From assembly GCA_963842015.1 (NCBI GenBank), contig CAWJFG010000026.1:33779-97778 (forward strand): a DNA stretch of 64,000 bases. Reading direction: 5' to 3'. Both the position numbers and the translations under genes were made by a program. This document shows positions 18,873 to 28,199 of the stretch, one piece after another. The stretch's first letter is position 1, and each line of letters opens with the position of its first letter. The stretch is from an uncultured Acidimicrobiales bacterium (GTDB lineage Bacteria; Actinomycetota; Acidimicrobiia; Acidimicrobiales; VFJN01). The notes under the pieces are model-generated. The model saw only the letters and a program-made list of their open reading frames with translations, was not told where the DNA came from and searched no databases.

Positions 18873-21008
18873 TCAGGAGCCGGCGGCCAGCGGGCGGCGG
18901 GGCTCGGCCACGACCGAGATGCCGGCAGGGAGGTCCTCGACCGTCACTGCGCCGTCTTCGACCGCCACCGTGACCGACCCGCCCATGAGCGGAATGCGCT
19001 CGACCCGCAGCGAGCGGATGGCCTGGGGCAGAACCGGCGCCAGCCAGAGCTTGCCCTGCGGCACGTGCGGGTCGAAGCGCAACAACGACCGCAGGTGCAG
19101 CAGGGGTGCTCCCGCCGACCACGCCCGCGTGTCACAGCCGTCGGGCAACCGGACAGGGCCGGCCACGTCGTCACGGTCGAACCCGCACAGCACCGCCATG
19201 CGCCCGCCGGACGCGTCGGCCGCCTCGAGCTGGGCGAGGACGAGGCGGTGGGCCTCGTCCACGAAGCCGTACCGCACCAGCCCGGCGACGCACAGGGCGT
19301 TGTCGTGGGGCCACACCGCGCCCGTGTGCGGCCCGAGCGGGTCGTAGGCACGCATCGACGCCCCGAGGGTGCGCACCCCCCAGCCCGAGAACATGTCGTC
19401 CGCGAGCAGGTGCTTGACCAGGACGGCCGCCTTGTCCTCGTCGACGACGCCGCTCCACAGGCAGTGGCCGACGTTCGACGCGAGCGCCGCGACCGCGTGC
19501 TTGTCGCCGTCGAGCGCCAGCGCGAACCAGCCCGCCTCCTCCACCCAGAAGTCCCGGTTGAACGCCTCACGCAGCGCCGTGGCCTTGTCGCGCCACCGGG
19601 CGGCCAGCGGCTGGTCGCCGGCCTCGGAGGCGAAGTGGGCGCGCGCCTGGTAGGCCGCGTAGGTGTAGGCCTGCACCTCGGCGAGCGCCAGCGGGCCGCG
19701 GGCCGGAGAGCCGTCGGGCAGGTGGACGGGGTCGGCCGAGTCCTTCCACGACTGGTGCCGCTCGCCCCGGTCGGTCACGCGCTGGTACTCGACGTAGCCG
19801 TCGCCGTCGCGGTCGCCGAACGTGGCGATCCACTCCAGCGCGCGATCGGCGTGGGGCAGCAGCCGCTCGACCACCTCGGGGGCGAGGCCCCAGCGGCGGA
19901 GCTCGCCCAGCAGCATGACGAACAACGGTGTGGCGTCGACCGACCCGTAGCTGACCGGGTGCGCCCCGCTCACGCCGGCCGTACCGAACCGCAGGCGGTG
20001 GAGGATGCGACCCGGCTGCTCCTCGGTGCGGTCGTCGACGTCGGCGCCCTGGTAGCGCGCCAGGGTCTCGAGCGTGGCGAGCGCCAGCTCGGGATCGACG
20101 ATCAGGGACATCCACGCGGTGAGCAGGGCGTCGCGCCCGTGCAGGGCCAGGTGCCACGGTGCGCCCGCCGCCACCACCGACTGCCCGGGGTGCTCGGCGT
20201 CGATGACCCGAAGGGCGCCCAGGTCGGCCGCGCTGCGGTGCACGGCCGTCAGCAGGGGCAGGTGGTCGCTGGTCACCTGGGGCACGTGGCGGTGCCACTC
20301 CACGAGGCGGCGGGCCGAGGCGGTGCGGCCGGCATCGGTCGCCAGAAGCGAGTCGGGCACGACCTCGGCCCCCTGGACGATGGGGGCCACGGCCACGGTG
20401 GCCGAGAACCGGCCCCCGGCGGGGACGATCGCCTCCCACCGCAGGACACCGGGCCGGGAGCGGACCGCGCCGGACCCGGTGACCCGGCACCCGACGCGGG
20501 TCGAGCCGCGTCCACGGACCAGCAGCACCTCGTCGGGGCCGGCGCCACCCGGCTCGACGTCCGCCTCCGCCCGCGGGCTGCCGTCGCGGGCGGCCGCGAG
20601 CGGGGCCAGGTCGGAGCTCACCTCGACCTCGAGCTCGACGTAGCTGGGCTCTGCGCCCGTGTTGCGCACCTCGACCTCGTCGCGCAGGCCCGCAGCCACG
20701 ACGCGGCGGCGCACCACGACCGGCCCGGACCTGGGAGCCGTGGCCGTGCCGTCGGGGTGTTCGGCGGGGAGCGCCCGGCCGACGAAGGTGGCGGACGCCG
20801 GGCCGTCGACATGGTGGTCCACCGGCTCGACCGGCCCGCCGTTCACGGTCAGGACCAGGCGCGACAGCAGCCTCCGGTCCGCGACGAACAGGCCCTCGGC
20901 GGCCCCGGCCCCCCGGTCGACCACGTCGCCGGACGGGTCGGAGACGCAGAACGAGCCTGCCTCGACCAGTGTCACGAGGGTGCCCGGAGGAGAGACCCGG
21001 ATGCCCAT
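18873..21008 (-). CDS. glycogen debranching enzyme-like / amylo-alpha-1,6-glucosidase family protein
   Basis: ATG 21008 (MGIRVSPPGTLVTLVEAGSFCVSD...). N-terminal GDE_N-type region and a C-terminal (alpha/alpha)6 GDE_C-type region (GRILHRLRFG, SVDATPLFVMLL, WKDS, GAVWPHDN). Confidence 0.85.
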   Translation of the reverse strand: MGIRVSPPGTLVTLVEAGSFCVSDPSGDVVDRGAGAAEGLFVADRRLLSRLVLTVNGGPVEPVDHHVDGPASATFVGRALPAEHPDGTATAPRSGPVVVRRRVVAAGLRDEVEVRNTGAEPSYVELEVEVSSDLAPLAAARDGSPRAEADVEPGGAGPDEVLLVRGRGSTRVGCRVTGSGAVRSRPGVLRWEAIVPAGGRFSATVAVAPIVQGAEVVPDSLLATDAGRTASARRLVEWHRHVPQVTSDHLPLLTAVHRSAADLGALRVIDAEHPGQSVVAAGAPWHLALHGRDALLTAWMSLIVDPELALATLETLARYQGADVDDRTEEQPGRILHRLRFGTAGVSGAHPVSYGSVDATPLFVMLLGELRRWGLAPEVVERLLPHADRALEWIATFGDRDGDGYVEYQRVTDRGERHQSWKDSADPVHLPDGSPARGPLALAEVQAYTYAAYQARAHFASEAGDQPLAARWRDKATALREAFNRDFWVEEAGWFALALDGDKHAVAALASNVGHCLWSGVVDEDKAAVLVKHLLADDMFSGWGVRTLGASMRAYDPLGPHTGAVWPHDNALCVAGLVRYGFVDEAHRLVLAQLEAADASGGRMAVLCGFDRDDVAGPVRLPDGCDTRAWSAGAPLLHLRSLLRFDPHVPQGKLWLAPVLPQAIRSLRVERIPLMGGSVTVAVEDGAVTVEDLPAGISVVAEPRRPLAAGS

Positions 21009-21050
21009 CGGCGGCGACCATAGCCGCCTGCCGCGAACCTGTCCGGGGGT

Positions 21051-21076
21051 ATTTCTCCTACGCGCGTAGTGCGAAT
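21051..21076. promoter_or_regulatory. candidate operator (suf box A): ATTTCTCCTA-N6-TAGTGCGAAT
   Basis: AT-rich palindromic 26-mer 13 nt upstream of the sufC ATG. Its first 12 nt are identical to a box at 46882-46907 upstream of sufB. Confidence 0.5.
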
Positions 21077-21088
21077 ACACTGGCCCGC

Positions 21089-21903
<815 letters not shown>

Positions 21904-21907
<4 letters not shown>

Positions 21908-23175
21908 CCGCATCCAGGCCTGCACACTCCCCCACGTCCAGCGATGCCCTCGACGTCGAGCGCATCAAGAAGGACTTCCCGATCCTCGATCGCGAGGTAC
22001 GCGGGCAGCGCCTCGTGTACCTCGACTCGGCCAACACCTCGCAGAAGCCGCGGGCCGTCCTCGACGCCATCGAGACCTTCTACGAGCGGTCGAACGCCAA
22101 CGTGCACCGCGGCACGTACCTCATCGCGGAGGAGGCCACGGCCGCGCTCGAAGGCGCCCGAGCCAAGGTCGCCCGGTTCATCGGCGCCCGGTCCGACCGC
22201 GAGGTGGTCTTCACCAAGAACGCCACCGAGGCGCTCAACCTGGTGGCCAAGGCCTGGGGCCGCGCCAACCTCGGGGCGGGCGACCCGGTCGTCATCACCG
22301 AGCTCGAGCACCACGCCAACATCGTCCCCTGGCACCAGCTGGTCGACGAGGTCGGCATCGAGCTGCGCTGGATCCCCGTCGGCGCCGACGGCCACCTCGA
22401 CCTGACCGACCTCGACCGTCTGGTCGACGGCGCCCGCGTGGTGTCGTTCGCGGCGATGTCCAACGTGCTCGGCACGATCAACCCCGTCGAACGACTGGTC
22501 ACGGCCGCCCACGACGCCGGGGCGATCGCCGTGGTCGATGCCAGCCAGTACGTCCCCCACCTGGATACCGACGTCGCCGCCTGGGGTGCCGACTTCGCGG
22601 CGTTCACCGGGCACAAGATGTGTGGCCCCACCGGCATCGGCGTGCTGTGGGGCACCGAGGCGATCCTCGACGCCACGCCCCCGTTCCTGACCGGCGGCGA
22701 GATGATCCTCAACGTCACCAAGGAGGGCTTCACGCCCAACGAGCTGCCGTGGAAGTTCGAGGCCGGCACGCCGCCCATCGCCGAGGCGGTCGGGCTCGGC
22801 GCAGCCGTGGACTACCTGGCGGGGCTCGGGATGCAGGCCGTGCGCACCCACGAGGTCGCGCTCACCGCCTACGCGCTGCGCACGCTGACCGAGCGGTTCG
22901 GCGACGATCTGACCATCCATGGGCCGGCCGAGCCCGCCGAGCGCGGTGGGGTGATGTCGTTCACGTACGGCGACCTGCACCCCCACGACCTCACCCAGGT
23001 GTTCGACGAGCACGGGGTGTGCGTGCGGGCGGGCCACCACTGCGCCAAGCCCCTCATGCGCGAGCTGGGCGTGGCTGCCACCGCCCGGGCGTCGCTCTAC
23101 GTCTACAACGACGAGGCCGACGTCGATGCGCTCGGCGACGCCATCGACGCCGCCGCCACGTTCTTCACGCCGTGA
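21904..23175 (+). CDS. sufS: cysteine desulfurase SufS
   Basis: GTG 21904 overlaps the sufC stop (GTGA). Class II aminotransferase V pattern: LDSANTSQKP, HHANIVPW, FTGHKMCGPTGIG (PLP Lys), RAGHHCAKPL (active-site Cys). Confidence 0.9.
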
Positions 23176-23243
23176 GCGAGTGAACCGGCGAACGATGCGC
23201 CCCGTGCCCGCTCCGGACCGCCGCCGATAGGATCGCGAACCGC

Positions 23244-23765
23244 ATGCCCGGCCTCGAAGACCTCTACCGCGAGATCATCCTCGACCACTACCGCAACCCG
23301 CGGAACCGCGGCGAGCTGTCCGCTCCGCCCGCCACCCGGGTCGAGGGGTTCAACCCGCTGTGCGGCGACGAGATCGTGCTGTTCCTCGACGTCGACGGCG
23401 ACGTGGTGACCGACATCCGCATCGGCGGCCAGGGCTGCTCGATCAGCCAGTCGTCGGCCTCGATGATGTCGGCCGCGGTGAAGGGCAAGACCCTCGACGA
23501 GGTGCGGGCGCTGTCGCGGGCGTTCAAGGGCATGATGTCGATCCACGAGCAGTCGCTCGACGGCGACCCCGGGTCCGACGGCAACGGCGACGGTCCGGGT
23601 GGCTCGGGCGGCGAGGCCGCGGCGCGGGCCGACGAGCAGGTGAAGCTCGGCGACCTCGAGGCCCTGCGTGGCGTCGTGAAGTTCCCGGTGCGCATCAAGT
23701 GCGCCACGCTGTCCTGGAACACCCTGCTCCAGGGCCTCGACGAGTCCACCGCCGCCAACTCCTGA
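23244..23765 (+). CDS. sufU: SUF system NifU-family Fe-S cluster assembly scaffold SufU
   Basis: LYREIILDHYRNPRN, NPLCGDE, GQGCSIS and KCATLSWN carry the three SufU Cys ligands. Gly/Asp-rich insertion before the last motif. Confidence 0.85.
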   Translation: MPGLEDLYREIILDHYRNPRNRGELSAPPATRVEGFNPLCGDEIVLFLDVDGDVVTDIRIGGQGCSISQSSASMMSAAVKGKTLDEVRALSRAFKGMMSIHEQSLDGDPGSDGNGDGPGGSGGEAAARADEQVKLGDLEALRGVVKFPVRIKCATLSWNTLLQGLDESTAANS

Positions 23766-23890
23766 CGGCGGCCGCGACCGATCTGCGTCTGCGGCACCGC
23801 AGGTCGGAGCGCAGGCTACGGCCCGAACTGTCGAGTCATCGAGCCCAGCCCGGTGTCTGGCATCTGCACCCCGACCGGGGAGCCTTCGTC

Positions 23891-24697
23891 TCAGCCCGGT
23901 CCTGCCAGCACGGCCAGCACGCCGTAGTGGTCGGACGGCCACACGCCCGCGACCGGCTCGTCGGCCACGACGCGGCACTCGAGCGGCCGTCCGACGCCGC
24001 TCGGACCGCGGAAGCCGCTGAACACGTAGTCGAGCCGCCGCTCGGGCTCGCGGTCGAGGGCCGCGTGCGGATTGGCGTTCGACCACGTGATGCCCGGACC
24101 GCCGTCGCCGGCCAGGCGCCACGCGTCCTGCAGGTAGGTGCTGGCACCGTCGAGCGCCGTGAGCCCGCACAGGTAGCGGATGGCGGTGGCGTCGGGCTCG
24201 GCGTTGAAGTCACCCGCCACCACCGGCCCGAACGACGCCGCGGGATCGGTGTGCTCGTCCACGAACCGGACGAGCGCCTGCACCTGGCGCTCACGCAGGG
24301 CCGCGTCGTGCAGCTGCCACGACAAGTGGGTGGAGAACACGTCGACGCCGCCCGTGCGGGCGTGGAGGACGACGCGCTGCACCTCGGCCTCGTCGGGCAC
24401 GTGGGGCAATCGGCGGGTGGCGGTGGCCTCGATCGGACCGCGGCTCAACACGGCGTTCCCGAACAGGTCGGGGCCACCCGCCAGCGGCTCCCCGCCGTAG
24501 GCGACCGACCAGCCGCCGAGCGCGTCGGCCAGCCACTCGGCCTGGTTGCCGCGGTCGTTGGCCACGACCTCCTGCAGACAGACCACGTCGGGCGCCCACC
24601 GCTCGACGACCGCGACGAGCGCCCGGCGGCGGGCCCGCCAGTCCCCCGCCAGGTTCCAGATGTTGAGGGTCAGGACGCGGAGCGGGCCAGGGACCAC
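23891..24697 (-). CDS. endonuclease/exonuclease/phosphatase (EEP) family protein
   Basis: GTG 24697 (VVPGPLRVLTLNIWN...CLQEV...GDFN...SDHYGV) shows the EEP motif series. It overlaps the 3' end of the HD gene by 28 nt, so it is probably co-transcribed. Confidence 0.8.
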   Translation of the reverse strand: MVPGPLRVLTLNIWNLAGDWRARRRALVAVVERWAPDVVCLQEVVANDRGNQAEWLADALGGWSVAYGGEPLAGGPDLFGNAVLSRGPIEATATRRLPHVPDEAEVQRVVLHARTGGVDVFSTHLSWQLHDAALRERQVQALVRFVDEHTDPAASFGPVVAGDFNAEPDATAIRYLCGLTALDGASTYLQDAWRLAGDGGPGITWSNANPHAALDREPERRLDYVFSGFRGPSGVGRPLECRVVADEPVAGVWPSDHYGVLAVLAGPG

Positions 24698-25203
24698 AGC
24701 AGCTCCTCGTAGGCGGCGAGCCCGGGGACGACGGCCGCGTCGACCTTGCCGGCGTCGTCCCAGCGACGGAGCACCACCGCGTCCTGCCATCCGGGCGTGG
24801 CCTCGAACGCCGCCACCTCGGCGGCGGAGAACGGCCCACCCTGGCGGGCGAGGCTGCGCCGCGACCCGGCGGACAGGCCCGGGTGGTACGAGGGCTCGAC
24901 CGCGCACAGGTAGCGCTTGGCGTCCACGTGGAGGGCGATCGGAGCGGTGACGGCAGGTGGGAACAACGGGCCGAGGTAGCCGGGACCGGACCGCTCGTGG
25001 GGCTCGGGCGGCGCGCCCTGCAGGTCGAGCAGGTGGCCCACGTCGTGCAGCAGGGCCGCGGCCACCAACGGGTCCGCCGCGCCGGCCTCCGCGGCGAGCG
25101 CGGCCGTCTGCAGCGCGTGGTCGAGCTGGGCGACCTCCTCGTCGTAGGGATCGCCACCCCACCGCTCGTACAGCGCCAGGACGTCGTCGACGCTCGTCGT
25201 CAT
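24670..25203 (-). CDS. HD-domain protein, PhnZ-like (phosphonate-degradation-associated HD oxygenase family)
   Basis: 177 aa. QLDHALQTAALAAEAG...AALLHDVGH, HVDAKRYL and RRWDDAGK match my recollection of the PhnZ/TmpB family pattern (QLEH..Q.A.LA, HDIGH, HVQAKRYL, RKWDEQAK). Its ATG overlaps the upstream gene stop as ATGA. Confidence 0.65.
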   Translation of the reverse strand: MTTSVDDVLALYERWGGDPYDEEVAQLDHALQTAALAAEAGAADPLVAAALLHDVGHLLDLQGAPPEPHERSGPGYLGPLFPPAVTAPIALHVDAKRYLCAVEPSYHPGLSAGSRRSLARQGGPFSAAEVAAFEATPGWQDAVVLRRWDDAGKVDAAVVPGLAAYEELLWSLARSAS

Positions 25204-25986
25204 CGCACGGGCCGGCCCTGGAAGTCGCCGATCAGCGAGACGGGCACACGGTCCCCGGCGGCGGGTGCGCCGGCCAGCTCGGCCGCCTTCTGGCGGTAGT
25301 AGTCGGCGCGCAGGTCGCCCTCGGACAGTGCGTTGTACGTGGGGTAGAGCGCCCGCCGGGGCCGCGCCGACCGGTTCGGGCCGCTGCGATGAGGCGTGCG
25401 CGAGTGGAACCAGAGCGTGTCACCGGCCTGGACCGGGACGGCCCGCCACCGCATCGTGGCGACGACGTCGGCCCGGATGCACCCCACGTCGTCGGTGGGC
25501 CACAGCCGGTCGTGGGCGCCGGTGACCACCTCGAGGCAGCCGTTCTCCTCGGTGGCGGGGTCGATCGCCACCATGCACGACACGTGGACGTCGACGAAGC
25601 GGTACGCCGGCGCGTCCTGGTGCGGGGCGTACCCGGCGCCGCCGGGCAGCTTGTGGTTGAGCTTGTCCTTGTAGAGGACGGCCGGCTCGCCGAGCAGCGC
25701 GCCCGCCGTGGCGAGCAGATCGCCCCCGCACAGGAAGGCCCGGAGGCCGGCGTGGTGGGGCACCAGGTTCTCGCTGCGGCACAGCGCCGGGCCGCCGTCG
25801 GTGAGCTCGCGGTGGTGCAGCCAGCCGCCCCCGTCGGGCCACGACGACACCTCGTCGGCCCATGCCTGCAACCGGACCGCCCGCGCCACCCGCGCCCGGC
25901 GGGCGGACGTGCACCCACCCGGCCGAGGCGAAGTGGCCGACGGCCTCGGCGGCGGTGCCGTCGGCGAACACGGGGGACACGGCCAC
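25200..25986 (-). pseudogene. PhyH-family Fe(II)/2-oxoglutarate dioxygenase (PhnY*-like), reading frame interrupted near the N-terminus
   Basis: Frame 25200..26132 gives the PhyH core (YAPHQDAPAY facial-triad HxD, WFHSRTPHRSGPN). N-terminal VAVSPVFADGTAAEAVGHFASAGWVHVRP is coding-like (GC3) only in the 25420..26358 frame. The junction is at about 25895-25906. If uninterrupted, the alternative start is GTG 25889, giving a short 229-aa protein. Confidence 0.6.
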
Positions 25987-26134
25987 GGCCGGACAGTAGC
26001 GGCGCGAGCTCTGGCAGGCTCGCGGGGCCACGTGCGCCCCGTCGACGGAGATTTCTCCGTCGAACCTGTCGAATCCGGTGACCCCGCCCGACGTCCGTGC
26101 GGAACATCCACAGACACGGCCAAGGAGGCCAACG

Positions 26135-26500
26135 ATGAAGTACATGATGCTGCTCCGCCATCCCGAGGGTGCGGGCCCCCAGGAGGGCACGCCCGAGTTC
26201 GACGCCGAGATGGCGACCTGGGGCGCCCTCAACGCCGAGCTCATGGGGTCGGGCCAGGTGATCACTGCGGCCGGCCTCCAGCCCGAGACCGCGGCGACCA
26301 CCGTGCGCACGAAGGACGGTGACGCGCTGCTCACCGACGGCCCGTTCGCCGAGACCAAGGAGCTGCTGTTCAGCTTCTACGTCCTCGACCTGCCCGACCT
26401 CGACGCCGCCACCGCCCTGGCCGCCCGGATGCCGAACGCGGCCTACGGGTCGGTCGAGGTGCGGCCGCTGAGCCTTCATCGAGCAGGCCTGACGCGACCG
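26135..26500 (+). CDS. YCII-related DGPF-domain protein (no in-frame stop before the sigma factor gene)
   Basis: ATG 26135 follows AAGGAGG. MKYMMLLRHPEG...LTDGPFAETKELLFSFYVLDL...SVEVRPL is a complete YCII/DGPF domain. The frame then runs through 10 low-GC3 codons straight into the sigma ORF. Confidence 0.7.
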
Positions 26501-27794
26501 GTGCCAGACGAGGTCGCCGCCGAGCTGGACCGTGCCTACCGCGACGAGTGGGCGACGGTGCTGGCCACGCTTGCCCGGCAGGTCGGCGGCGACCTCGCGC
26601 TCGCCGAGGACGCGGTGCAGGACGCCTTCGTGGCCGCCGCCGCCGAGTGGCCGCGCACCGGTGTCCCGCGGCGGCCGGGCGCGTGGCTCACCACCACCGC
26701 CCGACGCCGCGCCATCGACCGCCTCCGACGCGAGCAGACCCGAGCCGCCCACCAGCCTGCGCTCGAGCACCTCGAGCGCCTGCAGCGCTCGGCGGACGCC
26801 GCCGCCGGGAACGCGGACGACCGCGGCCACGCGGCCAGCGCGGTGACCGACGACCGGCTGCGGCTGATGTTCACGTGCTGCCACCCGGCCCTGGCGATGG
26901 AGGCACGGCTCCCCCTGACGCTGCGGTCCCTCGGCGGGCTGGGGGTCCGCGAGCTGGCGCGGGCGTTCCTGACGACCGAGCCCGCCATGTACCAGCGCCT
27001 GGCGCGGGCCAAGCGCAAGATCGTGGACGCCGGCATCCCCTACCGCGTCCCGCCCGACGACCAGCTGCTCGACCGGCTGGCCGGCGTGCAGCGCGTCGTG
27101 TACCTGATCTTCACCGAGGGCCACAGCGCCACCGAGGGCGACGATCTCGTGCGGGCCGGGTTGTGCGACGAGGCGCTGCGTCTCGCCCGACTCCTGGCCG
27201 AGCTCGTGCCCGACGACGCCGAGACGCTCGGGCTCCTGGCGCTGCTGCTGCTCACCGATGCCCGGCGCGCGGCCCGCACCGACGACGCCGGCGCGGCGAT
27301 CGGGCTCGACGAGCAGGATCGGGGGCGGTGGGACCGCGACCGCATCGCCGAGGGGACGGGCGTGCTCGAGCGCGCCCTGCGCCGGGCGCGTCCCGGCCCG
27401 TACCAGCTGCAGGCCGCCATCGCCGCGGTGCACGCCGAGGCGCCGACCTTCGAGGACACCGACTGGGCCCAGGTCGCCGGGCTCTACGCCACGCTCGAGC
27501 AGCTCGACCCGTCGCCGGTCGTCGCGCTGAACCGGGCGGTGGCCGTGGCGAAGGCGGAGGGGCCGCGGCGCCGGGCTCCGCATGCTGGCCCGGTTCGACG
27601 GCGACGAGCGGCTCGCCCGCTACCAGCCCTGGCACGCCGCCCGGGCCGAGCTGCTGCGGGAGGCGGGCGACCTCGACGCGGCCCGCGCCGCCTACGGGCG
27701 GGCGCTGGACCTGACCGACAACGCCCGCGAACGTGCCGCGCTCATGCGGCGTGCCGGCGGGCTGGCGCCGGGCACGGCCGACCGCCGCACCTGA
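26501..27794 (+). pseudogene. ECF42-type RNA polymerase sigma factor with C-terminal TPR-like extension, frameshifted near 27566
   Basis: GTG 26501. Region 2 is DLALAEDAVQDAFVAAAAEWP...PGAWLTTTARRRAIDRLRRE and region 4 is VRELARAFLTTEPAMYQRLARAKRKI. The extension runs to ALNRAVAVAKAEGP, and the continuation GAGLRMLARFDGDERLARYQPWHAARAELL... is in the 27582..27794 frame. Confidence 0.75.
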
Positions 27795-27810
27795 CCCCGC
27801 CGCGGGTCGG

Positions 27811-28095
27811 TCACTCGCCCAGGGCGCGGTTGACGGCGGCGGCGAGGGCGATGCACGTGTCGGTGATGCCGCCCTCGGCATGGCTCGAGATGTCGATGAC
27901 CACCCGGTTCCACGAGTTCGACCAGTCGGGGTGGTGGCTCAGCTTCTCGGCCTCGAGGGCCACCATGGCCATGAACCCGAAGGCCTCGACGAAGTTGTGG
28001 AACTCGAGCTCCCGGTGGAGCGTGCCGTTGGCGATGCCCCACCCAGGGATGTCCGCCAGCCGCTGCTCGGTCTCGTCGTGGGTGAGGCGTGTCAT
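27811..28095 (-). CDS. 4a-hydroxytetrahydrobiopterin dehydratase (pterin-4-alpha-carbinolamine dehydratase)
   Basis: 94 aa with GW...L.RELEFHNFVEAFGFMAMVALEAEKLSHHPDWSNSWNRV, the PCD/DCoH signature. Confidence 0.9.
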   Translation of the reverse strand: MTRLTHDETEQRLADIPGWGIANGTLHRELEFHNFVEAFGFMAMVALEAEKLSHHPDWSNSWNRVVIDISSHAEGGITDTCIALAAAVNRALGE

Positions 28096-28199
28096 GCCCC
28101 CATTCTTGCCCCGCGCCCGCCCCGGTGATGCGGGAACTCGCCCGAGCGACGACGGATAGGGTCGGGCGGTTCACGTCGAGCAGTCCGCCGGAGGGGCAG

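Noticed and set aside
18771-21023. 750-aa plus-strand ORF opposite the debranching-enzyme gene
   Set aside because: It is the antisense shadow of a strong CDS and has no motifs.
25232-27583. 783-aa minus-strand ORF covering the DGPF/sigma locus, and the long 574..2913, 3095..4186, 5404..7410 and 30947..33410 minus-strand ORFs
   Set aside because: The composition is Arg/Gly/Pro junk, and each overlaps well-supported genes in another frame or strand.
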